Shown here one piece after another: positions 9,057-18,819 of a stretch of DNA of 64,000 nucleotides (the stretch's first letter is position 1; every line of letters begins with the position of its first letter). The stretch covers positions 158,542 to 222,541 of the forward strand of contig JBBSVO010000003.1 of NCBI GenBank assembly GCA_038046805.1, written 5' to 3'. The stretch comes from Candidatus Micrarchaeota archaeon (lineage in GTDB: Archaea; Micrarchaeota; Micrarchaeia; Anstonellales; Bilamarchaeaceae). The position numbers and the translations under genes are program-made. The notes below the pieces were generated by a model. The model was given only the letters and a program-made list of their open reading frames with translations. It was not told the DNA's origin and did no database searches.

Positions 9057-9458
9057 TTACTCTTCCAGCAGTTCCATCGCCTCTTCCGCGTTCAGCCCTA
9101 ATTTCAGGTATTTTATCTCTCTTGGAAACATCCACCTGAATTCATCGTGCTCATCACAAAGAGTTACGTTTGAGCCGCTGACTGCGCACTTGTAAACCAA
9201 ATAAACAGAATGCTTATCATCCCCGCCAGGGGTTTTGTATGTTGCGGATGAAACACCCATAAATTTTGGCTCTATCGCAGAAAGACCTGTTTCCTCTCTG
9301 AGCTCGCGACTGGCAGACTGCGAGGGTTTCTCACCCCAGTCCACGCCTCCACCTGGGAATTCCCATAGCTCGTTCTTGCGCTTTAAAACTAGCAATTTTC
9401 CTTCGAATTCCGGAATCATATAAACATTCAATTCCTGAATCTGTGCCAAAAAAATCAC
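9057..9458 (-). CDS. NUDIX hydrolase
   Basis: Nudix box GGVDWGEKPSQSASRELREETGL. Confidence 0.92.
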   Translation of the reverse strand: MIFLAQIQELNVYMIPEFEGKLLVLKRKNELWEFPGGGVDWGEKPSQSASRELREETGLSAIEPKFMGVSSATYKTPGGDDKHSVYLVYKCAVSGSNVTLCDEHDEFRWMFPREIKYLKLGLNAEEAMELLEE

Positions 9459-10243
9459 TACAACCTTCGTTTATTAATAGCAAATAGCTCCTCTTTTGCT
9501 TCTTCATCTAAAAAGTCCAGATTTCTGCTGCATTGAACGCATTTGAAAGAACGTTCGGATGCAACCTCGAAACCAATAATACTCGCAATTCCACAGGAAT
9601 CGCAGAAATATTCGTCAAGGCCTTCCTGGCCAACTTTTACACGGCATTCGAGCATTTTTGTGTTTACCCATTTTTCAAGACGTTCCTGATTCAAACGCCA
9701 GGTATATGAATACCACCCAGTTTCGTTGTCTTTTTCTCTGCAATAGAACACGATTCCTTCATTATGCAACCGATTCAGGGCCGCACGCACGTCGCTTATT
9801 TTCAATTTGAGATCACGGGAGATTTCTTCGTCACTCATTCCACCCCTGAAATGACGAACCATTTCTAGTGAATTCTCTCCAGCCAAATCAATTATCAATT
9901 GACGCGCATATGCGCTTGTCAATAAGGATGAAAGCTGTTCGAATCTCTTTTTTTCCATCTCTGCATCAATGAGTTTTTGTTCAGCCAGACGTAGGGTTTC
10001 AGCTTCGAGAGCTGCCTTTTTCCTAAGGTCTCTGGCACTTAATTTTTGTTTTTTTACATTTCCTGCCTTTAAACCTGGCTTTGGGGGATGAGGATGTTTT
10101 TTCTTTATATGAGGGCTGGCACGAGGACCAGTATGAGGGCTAGCAATTTTTTTCTTGCCCTTGGTTTGACCCCTCGTAACTCCTTTTTTGAAGGATTTGG
10201 CTGACTTGTTATGCTTTGAAGACAAAATACCACCTATGCCCAT
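9458..10243 (-). CDS. tfe: Transcription factor E alpha with basic N-terminal extension
   Basis: SDEEIS...DVRAALNRLHNEGIV, GWYSYTW, Zn ribbon CDSC...CVQC. Confidence 0.85.
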   Translation of the reverse strand: MGIGGILSSKHNKSAKSFKKGVTRGQTKGKKKIASPHTGPRASPHIKKKHPHPPKPGLKAGNVKKQKLSARDLRKKAALEAETLRLAEQKLIDAEMEKKRFEQLSSLLTSAYARQLIIDLAGENSLEMVRHFRGGMSDEEISRDLKLKISDVRAALNRLHNEGIVFYCREKDNETGWYSYTWRLNQERLEKWVNTKMLECRVKVGQEGLDEYFCDSCGIASIIGFEVASERSFKCVQCSRNLDFLDEEAKEELFAINKRRL

Positions 10244-10351
10244 TTTCTAAATCAGGGCATCTAAATTAGCGCATTTTTTATATTTAAAGCTTTCGGTTTG
10301 GGGTGGAAAAACGGCAAACTATATTAATCTTAGATCATATGGTAAAATCTT

Positions 10352-11524
10352 ATGCGTATCGCATTTTTCACAGACTCATACCTCCCAAATGTAGATGGAG
10401 TGGTAACCACAATCTGCAATTACAGGAGGGAACTTGAACGACTTGGACACGAGGTGTACATCTTCTCTCCGGGCACTAAAACGCAAAAGGACGAAAACAA
10501 GGACGAGAGAGTATATTATTTCACATCCACTGCATTTAAACCATACCCAGACTACCGTATAGCAATATTCAACTTTTTTTCCCCGGTAAAACTGGTAAAG
10601 GAGCTCGGATTTGATATAATTCATTCGCACGGAGTTGCAACAACAGGAATTGCTGCGATTCAATCATCTCAAAAGCTGGGAATCCCTGCGGTGGCCAGTT
10701 TCCACACATTCCTTCCCGAAGCGGTTCACTACATTTCCAGCAATCGAAATGTGCAGAATATACTCCAGGGGGTTGCAACAAAGTATCTAAGCTGGTATTA
10801 CTCAGGATACAAAAAGGTAATTGCACCCAGCATATTCGCGAAAAAGGTTCTTGAAAGCTGGGGAATTAAAAATGTCGCAGTCCACCCAGCAGGAATAGAA
10901 CTGGAAAAATTTGCGAGTATAACAGGAACCGCACGGATTGAAAACTCAGCGGCTATAAGAAAGGAATTCGGGATTCCAAAAGCCTCAAACGTTGTTCTTC
11001 ACGTTAGTAGAATCGCAATGGAAAAGAATATAGAAATGCTGATAGAAGCTGCACCAAGCATCATCAACCTGGTTCCACAAACAAAATTCGTGATAGTTGG
11101 AAAGGGACCTGCAGAAGCACATTACAAGAATCTGGTGGAGAGAAAGGGACTTTCACAACATTTCATATTCACTGGTTATGTGGCAAACGAAAAACTCCCT
11201 CTTCTTTACTCAACTGCAGATGTATTTGCATTCCCATCGGCATTCGAAACCCAGGGACTGGTAGTACTGGAGGCAATGGCATGCGGAACACCGGCAGTTG
11301 TAAAGGTAGGTGGAGCGGCATCAGAATTCATCGTTGATGGAAAAAATGGATGTATATTCACAGATCATTTTGACTTTCATGATAAAATAGTATTTGCAAT
11401 GAAGAATAAACAAATCCTTGGAAAGAATGCCATAGAAACCGTACAGGATTATGATATACGAAAAAACACTGAGAAACTGGTTGAAATATACAAATCCTGC
11501 ATTGGTAATAGCGGAACTAAATAG
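10352..11524 (+). CDS. Glycosyltransferase family 4 (GT-B)
   Basis: MRIAFFTDSYLPNVDGV, ETQGLVVLEAMACGTP. Confidence 0.92.
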   Translation: MRIAFFTDSYLPNVDGVVTTICNYRRELERLGHEVYIFSPGTKTQKDENKDERVYYFTSTAFKPYPDYRIAIFNFFSPVKLVKELGFDIIHSHGVATTGIAAIQSSQKLGIPAVASFHTFLPEAVHYISSNRNVQNILQGVATKYLSWYYSGYKKVIAPSIFAKKVLESWGIKNVAVHPAGIELEKFASITGTARIENSAAIRKEFGIPKASNVVLHVSRIAMEKNIEMLIEAAPSIINLVPQTKFVIVGKGPAEAHYKNLVERKGLSQHFIFTGYVANEKLPLLYSTADVFAFPSAFETQGLVVLEAMACGTPAVVKVGGAASEFIVDGKNGCIFTDHFDFHDKIVFAMKNKQILGKNAIETVQDYDIRKNTEKLVEIYKSCIGNSGTK

Positions 11525-11553
11525 AATAAAAAGGTTCTCATGGAGTGTAGGGT

Positions 11554-12294
11554 ATGAACTCCATTGAATTTCATAAAACCGCGGATTTTAAACTGAAGAA
11601 CCCTATAGTCGTGGTCGGCTTGCCAGGAACCGGGCTTGTTGGAAGCGTATCTGCATCGCACCTTACCGAAACCCTCGGATTTACATTTGGTGGATATATT
11701 TCAAGCGATCAATTCGCACCGCTTGCAGCAATACACAACTATATTCCCATGCCTGCAGCACGAATCCATTATTCTGAAAAACATAATATGATAGTAATAC
11801 TTTCAGAAATGACGATTCCGGTCGCATCTTCTCAGGAACTAGCAGACAAAATATTGGAATTTGCAAAAGCTGTCAAGGCAAAATATGTGGTGTCTCTTGG
11901 CGGGATATCAATGAACGAGGATGAAAACGCTGTGTACGTCGTCTCGAGCGATGCAAAGCTTTCACAACCGGTAATAGGAAAGCGCGGAATAAAACAGATA
12001 AAAGAAGGGGCAACAACAGGAGTAAGTGGAGTTCTTCTTGCAAAAAGCGCTCTTGAAAAATTCCCAGTTATATCTATTCTCGCAGAGGCTTCTGCAGACT
12101 ATCTTGATCCGCATGCGGCTGCAAACGCGTTGGGAGCATTCTCGTTACTTACAGGGGTAACCATAAGCACGGTTGAACTCGAAAAAGAAGCTGGAGAACT
12201 TTCAAAAGTAATAAAGGAGAATGTAATCAAATCAAAGATTCCGACAAAAAAGATTTCTAACATAAAAGATGAGGGCGGATCCATGTATGGATGA
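11554..12294 (+). CDS. PAC2-family proteasome assembly chaperone
   Basis: VGLPGTGLVG, SLGG, GVSGVLL, DPHAA motifs; C-terminal MYG. Confidence 0.88.
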   Translation: MNSIEFHKTADFKLKNPIVVVGLPGTGLVGSVSASHLTETLGFTFGGYISSDQFAPLAAIHNYIPMPAARIHYSEKHNMIVILSEMTIPVASSQELADKILEFAKAVKAKYVVSLGGISMNEDENAVYVVSSDAKLSQPVIGKRGIKQIKEGATTGVSGVLLAKSALEKFPVISILAEASADYLDPHAAANALGAFSLLTGVTISTVELEKEAGELSKVIKENVIKSKIPTKKISNIKDEGGSMYG

Positions 12295-14107
12295 AAAATT
12301 TGCGAAAATTTTTCAGTATGGAGATTCGATAGAATTTTCATACAATAAAAAAATATTCTTGTTTGTGGGCATAGTGGCAGCTTTACTCATTCTTGCAGGC
12401 TGCATTAATATCCTAAATAGAGAGTGCCCGTCAAGCTGTAATGACGGAAATATCTGTACAGATGATTATTGCGGCGCAGACACAAATTACAAATGCGTCA
12501 ATAAACCTCTAAGCGGAAGCCAGCCCGCATGCTCTGGATCAGTTACAGGAGCACCATGTGCAGTTATGGCATGTGACAGCGGAACATGTGTAACAAAAAA
12601 CATCTCGAATTGTTGTGGAAATGCCAACTGCGAATATAATGAAGATATGGGTTCGTGTCCGCAGGACTGTAAAAACAGTGTTGAATTGAAATGCGGAACT
12701 GAAGGCACATTTGTCCCAATCCTTCTAAAACTGGAAAACGAGCTGGACAAAAGCTTCATCTCCTGCACGATAACGAATAAAGGAAAAAAACCAATTGAAG
12801 CGATACTAACTGCAGAAATACCCGAGTGGAGTAATCAGTTTTCAAAGAACATATTTATAGCTCCGGATCAGAGCCAGAACGTGAATATTTCACTTACATA
12901 CAAGGACAAATTTTATTCAAATACCGAACTGGCAGATGCCACGGCACTCTTTACCGTTGAAAGTGCTGGCACTACTCTGTCTAAGGAATCAAGAAACATA
13001 AAAATAGCGCCAAAAGATAACATTGTATGGTATTACAATGCAAATGGAAAACAGTTGGATCTTTCTTATTCTGTAGTTGCATGGGTAACTCCGCACGATC
13101 CTTGCATAAAATCACTTATTTCTATTGCAAAAGAACTTCACCCAAAGAAAACGCTCGGTGGATACGCTGGATATGACGGAATGAACAAGCAAGAAAAAGA
13201 AGATAATACGCTTGCACAGTCAAAGGCTATTTACGAGGCAATAAAGGGACAGGGAATTTCATATGTGAATACGCCAGTAAGTTTTATTTCATCAGGCCAA
13301 CAAGTGAAGCTTCCGTCCGAATCCCTTATGCAAAAATCAGGAAATTGTGTTGATGGTTCAGTATTGTTTGCATCTGCATTTGAAGCACTTGGAATGAATA
13401 CAATTATTGCATTCATCTCAGATCACACGTGGGTTGGCGTGGAAAGTTACCCGGGAAGCGGTCAGTTCATGTTTATCGAAACGACTATTGTTGAGGAGGC
13501 CTCTTTTGAACAGGCCATTGCTGAGGGGAAAAAGGAATTTGAACAAGAACAATTTTCAAAGGACTTCTTTATTATCCCAATTAACAAATACCGTACAAAG
13601 GTAAAACCATTCCCATCAGCAGTTAGCACCTGCCAGCTAAAGGCAAGCTGTGATGACGGAACTCCCGTTGGGCAATGCTCGGCACAGAAACCAAAGATGT
13701 GTATTGGAAACGAATTTGTAGACAAGGCACTTACATGCGGATGTTCTGAAGGGCACATAAGAATGGGCGATTCATGCGTTTCCGGCAAGCTTCGGGACGA
13801 AACTATTTCAATCAAAAAAGGATTTGCGTATTATTATGGAGGGGACCCTACAACAGAATCCCGTTTTGTGAAATATCGTTATGTAGTAAGTTCCAACGAG
13901 GCGATCGATATCAAGATGGTACCGTCAGAGGCCGATTACAACGGAATCCTTGCCAATGGTGCATATGACGAATACGGGGCATGTGGGGCCATAAGCAATA
14001 AGTTCTACAACCAAACCTGCACGATAAACCAAAAAGGCGGGATAGTGATATTAAACAACGGTATTGCCGAGGCGACCGTGAATCTGCAGGTTTTTGTTGA
14101 AGACTAA
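12287..14107 (+). CDS. Cys-rich surface (lipo)protein with transglutaminase-like domain
   Basis: Signal/lipobox-like LILAGC; CNDGNICTDDYC and CCGNANCE Cys-rich units; GNCVDGSVLFASAFEALG...HTWVG...IET. Confidence 0.75.
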   Translation: MDEKFAKIFQYGDSIEFSYNKKIFLFVGIVAALLILAGCINILNRECPSSCNDGNICTDDYCGADTNYKCVNKPLSGSQPACSGSVTGAPCAVMACDSGTCVTKNISNCCGNANCEYNEDMGSCPQDCKNSVELKCGTEGTFVPILLKLENELDKSFISCTITNKGKKPIEAILTAEIPEWSNQFSKNIFIAPDQSQNVNISLTYKDKFYSNTELADATALFTVESAGTTLSKESRNIKIAPKDNIVWYYNANGKQLDLSYSVVAWVTPHDPCIKSLISIAKELHPKKTLGGYAGYDGMNKQEKEDNTLAQSKAIYEAIKGQGISYVNTPVSFISSGQQVKLPSESLMQKSGNCVDGSVLFASAFEALGMNTIIAFISDHTWVGVESYPGSGQFMFIETTIVEEASFEQAIAEGKKEFEQEQFSKDFFIIPINKYRTKVKPFPSAVSTCQLKASCDDGTPVGQCSAQKPKMCIGNEFVDKALTCGCSEGHIRMGDSCVSGKLRDETISIKKGFAYYYGGDPTTESRFVKYRYVVSSNEAIDIKMVPSEADYNGILANGAYDEYGACGAISNKFYNQTCTINQKGGIVILNNGIAEATVNLQVFVED

Positions 14108-14124
14108 AAAGAAAGAAAATAAAA

Positions 14125-14339
14125 CGCCCCCACCGGGATTTTCGATTCATGCTTCCCCACCAAATATATTTTCTTTGGGGGTGAAACACTCAGACCCTTT
14201 CTTTTTTGAAAAGAAAGGAGATATGTGTTCGAACCCGGGTCGCGAGAGTGACAGTCTCGTATGCTAGACCAGTATGCGCAATCAGCAATCAAAACCCAAG
14301 ATAAGGGACTGAAAACAGACTACCCTACACTATAGAGGC
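14125..14339 (-). tRNA. tRNA-Asp(GTC) with two non-canonical introns: D-loop 15/16 (~14272-14324) and T-loop 59/60 (14139-14227)
   Basis: Exons GCCTCTATAGTGTAG / (C)TGGTCTAGCATACGAGACTGTCACTCTCGCGACCCGGGTTCGAA / TCCCGGTGGGGGCG fold to a cloverleaf; bulge-helix motifs at both junctions. Confidence 0.9.
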
Positions 14340-14409
14340 GTGAGTATCTATAAATCTCTTGCGAAGAGTTTTTATATTATTGGGATTAACAAAAGTTAAA
14401 GGCGAATAT

Positions 14410-14703
14410 ATGCGATGCAATATAATTGTTAAAGGAAAGGTTCAGGGCGTGTACTTCCGCGCGTTTGTGCGATCCATAGCGGAAAGAATGAACGTGCGCG
14501 GATATGCAAAGAATCTCGACAATGGAGACGTTGAGGTCTTTGCAGAGGCTAATGATGAGAATGCAATAGCCCGTTTTACACGTGGAATAAATGTGAAGAA
14601 TACGGATGGCGCATTCGTAGAATCAATGGAAATATGCATGGAAGGCAAACCCGGGTTTCATCTTCCGTTAAAGAATTATTCGGAATTTGAGATCGAGAGA
14701 TAG
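14410..14703 (+). CDS. acyP: Acylphosphatase
   Basis: VKGKVQGVYFR, GYAKNLDNGDVEV. Confidence 0.92.
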   Translation: MRCNIIVKGKVQGVYFRAFVRSIAERMNVRGYAKNLDNGDVEVFAEANDENAIARFTRGINVKNTDGAFVESMEICMEGKPGFHLPLKNYSEFEIER

Positions 14704-14763
14704 TAATAACTCATTTTCTGGCTCTCCGAAAGCTATTTATTGGTTAGAGGAAGCAAGCTAATT

Positions 14764-15018
14764 ATGGCAGGACCCGCATTCAAGGAAAGGGAAACCGGAG
14801 AAACCGAATTAACGGTAGTTCCAAAAAAGGTAGAGGCAGAGAAAAGACTCGTCAGAGCTGAGATAAGAGAAACAACTGTTCAGGCAACAGTCGTAGCAGC
14901 GGCAACCGAAAAAATGCTTGAAAAATATGCTAAATACTGTCCAGAAACCATGGACGCGCTCAGGGCGGCGCAAAGACCGAAAAACATAGCGGATGTCCAG
15001 ATAGCGATGACAGGATAA
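14764..15018 (+). CDS. Small hypothetical protein
   Basis: Open frame with typical composition; TATTTAT box ~25 nt upstream. Confidence 0.55.
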   Translation: MAGPAFKERETGETELTVVPKKVEAEKRLVRAEIRETTVQATVVAAATEKMLEKYAKYCPETMDALRAAQRPKNIADVQIAMTG

Positions 15019-15029
15019 ATGGTGTTTGT

Positions 15030-15215
15030 ATGCCGGACCACATCTATTCCATGAAGATAACCCTGAAAGGAGAGCCGCGCGTTCTTACAATCCGCGTCGG
15101 AGATAAAGGAACAGATGTTCTGCTTACAGACGGAAAGGGAAAAACCATTGAATATTTCAAGCAGGAAGGAAGTAAGGTAACAATAACAAAGCCGAAAAAG
15201 AAAAAAGCGGCATAA
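15030..15215 (+). CDS. Small basic hypothetical protein
   Basis: GGTG RBS; 61 aa, beta-strand pattern with Lys-rich tail; fills the gap before rpiA. Confidence 0.6.
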   Translation: MPDHIYSMKITLKGEPRVLTIRVGDKGTDVLLTDGKGKTIEYFKQEGSKVTITKPKKKKAA

Positions 15216-15237
15216 ATCGTCATCAAAGCTGATTTTT

Positions 15238-15912
15238 ATGTCTTCGCAACAGGCTCAAAAGATAAACGCGGCAAAAGGCGCATTAGAACTTGTAAAAAAC
15301 GGGATGTGTGTTGGATTAGGCAGTGGAACAACTGTAAAGGAATTCATAACTCTTCTCGGACAACGCGTGAAAAAGGAAAAACTAGGGGTTTGTGTGGTTT
15401 GCACTTCGTATGATACCCGAATGCTCGCGATTGAAAACGGGATATGGGTATCTGAACCGGATGCGATTACAAAGATGGACCTTGCGATTGACGGCGCGGA
15501 CGTAGTAACGAAGACTGCGCTTCTCAAGGGCGGGGGAGCCGCACTTACGCGGGAAAAAATAATTGATTACGCAGCAACCGAGTTTGTAGTCATCGTGGAT
15601 GAAAGCAAAGTAAAGGAAACACTCACTGGAGAAGTAGTCGTAGAGGTTCTTCCATTTGCAGTTCCGTTCATTGTTCCAACACTAAAAAAATACTGCAAGA
15701 ATCCAAAATTAAGGATGAGTTCGGAAAAGCTTGGTCCGATCGTAACAGATAATGGCGGATTCATCATAGACTGCGAAATGAACATAACCGAAAAAGATGC
15801 AAAAAAAATTGAAACCGAACTTAACACCATCCCGGGAGTAGTTGAAAACGGAATATTCACTAAATTTTCAAAGATTATCATCGGGCAGGAAAATGGATAT
15901 CGGATATTATAG
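15238..15912 (+). CDS. rpiA: Ribose-5-phosphate isomerase A
   Basis: GLGSGTT, DGAD, KGGGAALTREKI, PGVVENGIF. Confidence 0.96.
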   Translation: MSSQQAQKINAAKGALELVKNGMCVGLGSGTTVKEFITLLGQRVKKEKLGVCVVCTSYDTRMLAIENGIWVSEPDAITKMDLAIDGADVVTKTALLKGGGAALTREKIIDYAATEFVVIVDESKVKETLTGEVVVEVLPFAVPFIVPTLKKYCKNPKLRMSSEKLGPIVTDNGGFIIDCEMNITEKDAKKIETELNTIPGVVENGIFTKFSKIIIGQENGYRIL

Positions 15913-15913
15913 A

Positions 15914-17518
15914 TTAGGATTTTTTGAAGTTGAATATATTTACCCTTAGATTCTTGTTTTTCTCAAGACCGGATATGGCCCATGCCAACAAAACTTTCTT
16001 AGTTTCTAAATACCTCCCTTTTCCTACCTCCACATTACCTATAGCGTATCTCTTGTTGCGTGTATTGAAACAAAACATAGATTCGTGCACATTCTCGCAG
16101 TTATGGCAGAAATAGCAGTCAGTGCAGTTGTTTGAATGGTCAACCTCAAAACAGCGGGTTATTCTGGTTGAGAAATGAGAGTTTATAGAAAACTGCGCGT
16201 ACCGCACTTCCCTGCATCCAAAACAGTACTCGGAATTTCGTGGGCAAAAGCAAAAGGCGCACAAACGGGACCACATGTTCTGGATACCATGATAACAATC
16301 AGAGGCATCAATAACCAGCGGGCAATCAATGTTATTTTGAAGCTTGCCTGCGAGCCAGAACGGGCAGAAATAAGCAATCTTGGAGATTATTGTTGCCGCA
16401 TTCTCAAGCGCTAAATGAGTTACTTCATCTTCGCTGAGTAAAAGCTTTTCTCCGAAGAAATACGCCTCATCCTGCATAAGCAGCCTATTCCTTGGAAAAT
16501 CAAGGAAACTGGCAAAATCAGGTAACAAAAGTGCCTTTCCAGATGCACAGGACTTTTCTTTGTCCAACCGGATACTGGAGGCATCTGAAAGCCATTCGGA
16601 ATAATCATCTAATCTTTCAAGTGGCTTTCCAAACAAAATGCCAGTTGTCTGGGAAAACGCCTTTTCTATTCCGCCTTTTTCCGTATTTTTAGGTTGCACT
16701 GGTGGCAACTTTGGCGCAGCGGCTACCAGATAGGAATAGTCTGGTTTTTCCTTTTCAACCAGCTCTGTTATGAATGGGAGCCTCTTGTCTTTTTTCAGCC
16801 TTTCTCTGATTTCGGCAAGCAACTTGTCCTTGAGGGAATAATATTTATCTTTTGAAAGCGAAAGGTTTCCTATTACATACCTCTTTGATTTTAGGTTGAA
16901 CGAAAACATACACTCCATGCAGCTTGAAAGACCGTGTGAATAGAAACAATCTGAAGAGAAATCTGCTTTTGAAGTCATAAAACAACGCGTTGATTCGCTG
17001 ATCTCATTTGATTTGATTGAAAAGGAGGATGGACCAAACGCATAACAACCAAAAATATTTTCGCTATAGCTTCCGCGCGTAGAGTATGCAACATTCTTTG
17101 AAAACGCAACCCTCTCGGAATGCAGGACATAATGACATTCGGTTATCGTAGTACTTTGATCAATAAAACTGGAATTTCCGAGGATTATGTTGCCAGTGTA
17201 TGCAATGCGCTCCCCGAGGATGGAGAGGATTGAATCTATGTCTTTTACCTCATCTATGCCCAGCGAATCCGTTTTTCTGTTGAAATCGATCTCGTCGTAG
17301 CCAACAAAATTGAAATCGCGGGCGTAATTAGTGCTTGCACAGATCACTTCTTTTCCGGAAACATGTGATTTTTTAACAAGGCGCGGTCCGTTCCCTTCGT
17401 ATAACCATTTGGCATAATCATCCAAGTCTCCGACTTGCTCTCCAAGAAGAATTTTGCATGTAGACTGCCATTGTTTATTCAGGTTAGCATACAGGCCTGG
17501 ATCCGTGCTTGAAGGCAT
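15914..17518 (-). CDS. Internally duplicated Cys-rich hypothetical protein; paralog of 45996-47603
   Basis: Two halves, each with LxGxxxxxLDDYxxWL and a C-x2-C-xF(S/C)FN-x3-KRYxIGN ending. Confidence 0.8.
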   Translation of the reverse strand: MPSSTDPGLYANLNKQWQSTCKILLGEQVGDLDDYAKWLYEGNGPRLVKKSHVSGKEVICASTNYARDFNFVGYDEIDFNRKTDSLGIDEVKDIDSILSILGERIAYTGNIILGNSSFIDQSTTITECHYVLHSERVAFSKNVAYSTRGSYSENIFGCYAFGPSSFSIKSNEISESTRCFMTSKADFSSDCFYSHGLSSCMECMFSFNLKSKRYVIGNLSLSKDKYYSLKDKLLAEIRERLKKDKRLPFITELVEKEKPDYSYLVAAAPKLPPVQPKNTEKGGIEKAFSQTTGILFGKPLERLDDYSEWLSDASSIRLDKEKSCASGKALLLPDFASFLDFPRNRLLMQDEAYFFGEKLLLSEDEVTHLALENAATIISKIAYFCPFWLAGKLQNNIDCPLVIDASDCYHGIQNMWSRLCAFCFCPRNSEYCFGCREVRYAQFSINSHFSTRITRCFEVDHSNNCTDCYFCHNCENVHESMFCFNTRNKRYAIGNVEVGKGRYLETKKVLLAWAISGLEKNKNLRVNIFNFKKS

Positions 17519-17543
17519 AATCCATAATACTCGCTCAACAGTT

Positions 17544-18767
17544 TTAAGGATGGGGGTTCTCTACAGTGTGATTATCCGCCACCGTAAACTTCAGTAAAAC
17601 CAGCGCAAACAGCGTCGTAGCAATCGCAAATACAAACGATGCATTTGTACCGAACAGGCTTTGCTCCCATAGTAATCCTGCAATAAGATTTGATGGGAGG
17701 GCCAGGATTCCTGCCACTGCACCATACAAACCGATTGCACTGCCATATTTTGATTCATCAAACGTTCTGGTAATGAAAACCTTGGGTGCAGTTTCAATTA
17801 TTGCCATGAAGACTCCTAGAATAGCAAGCGAGAGGAATGCAGACCAGATAAATGGATAGAATGCCATAAGGGCAATGCTCATTGCAAAAAGAGCAAAACT
17901 CGCCAAAATCGCGTTTTTTGCTCCGAATTTGTCAGAAAGATACCCTGCAGGAACTGCAAAAATCGTATAGAACAGGTTATATGCCAAATAAATAATCGGA
18001 ATCATAATCAACCCAACGATTGGATTTGCTTTAAGAAGAAAGAATGCCACGCTGAACTGCCCCAGAGTAAAAATGCCGATTGCGACAAGGAACATTTTGT
18101 AATTTTTGATGGATAACAGCGCAGAAAAAGAAAACTTGTACCCATCTCCTATTCCGTCTTTTTTGTCCTTTACGAAAAATATCAACGCAACTGCAATAAT
18201 TGCAGGAATAAATGAGATAGCAAAAATGTTCCGGTATGCTGCACCAATTCCGTCTCCTGTAAAAAACAGGATAAGAAGTGCAGAAGCAAGAAGTGGCCCA
18301 ATTGTGGCACCGGAAGAATCCATCATCTTAAGATAACCAAATGCACGGCCGAGATTTTCCTTTTTCTCGGACTGGGCAAGAAGAGAGTCGCGTGGTGCGT
18401 TGCGAATTCCTTTTCCAAGCCTGTCTAGGAATCTAAGAGCAACAACATGCTGCCAAATCGCAGCAAAGAAAAGAGCGCCTTTTGAAAGAGATGACAACAG
18501 ATAACCTGCCAACATGGGCATTTTCCGTTTTCCTATTCTGTCCGAGTATACCCCGGCAATAAAACGCGAAACACCCGCAACGAATTCCCCTATGCTTTCC
18601 ATGAATCCCAATACAAATACAGGGGCACCAAGAACACCTGTAAGGAAGAACGGGAGAAGTGGGAATATCATCTCGCTGCTTACATCGGTGAGAAAACTAA
18701 TCGCACCGAAGAGTTTCGTATTTTTGCTTAAAGGAGGAAAAAGTTTTAGACCTGAAGGCACATGCAT
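17544..18767 (-). CDS. Major facilitator superfamily transporter
   Basis: ~12 TM helices, SDRIGKRK and SDKFGAK loops, DVSSEMIFPLLP. Confidence 0.92.
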   Translation of the reverse strand: MHVPSGLKLFPPLSKNTKLFGAISFLTDVSSEMIFPLLPFFLTGVLGAPVFVLGFMESIGEFVAGVSRFIAGVYSDRIGKRKMPMLAGYLLSSLSKGALFFAAIWQHVVALRFLDRLGKGIRNAPRDSLLAQSEKKENLGRAFGYLKMMDSSGATIGPLLASALLILFFTGDGIGAAYRNIFAISFIPAIIAVALIFFVKDKKDGIGDGYKFSFSALLSIKNYKMFLVAIGIFTLGQFSVAFFLLKANPIVGLIMIPIIYLAYNLFYTIFAVPAGYLSDKFGAKNAILASFALFAMSIALMAFYPFIWSAFLSLAILGVFMAIIETAPKVFITRTFDESKYGSAIGLYGAVAGILALPSNLIAGLLWEQSLFGTNASFVFAIATTLFALVLLKFTVADNHTVENPHP

Positions 18768-18819
18768 GAAAATTTGTTATTCGACAAACATTTTAAACAG
18801 CTGTGCAGAAATTAAAGAT

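Noticed and set aside
18514..18819. N-terminal extensions in the ORF track (18514, 20098, 22318, 25874, 38141, 38421, 43350)
   Set aside because: They overlap neighbouring genes or repeats; downstream ATGs have a TATA box or RBS and match the family N-termini
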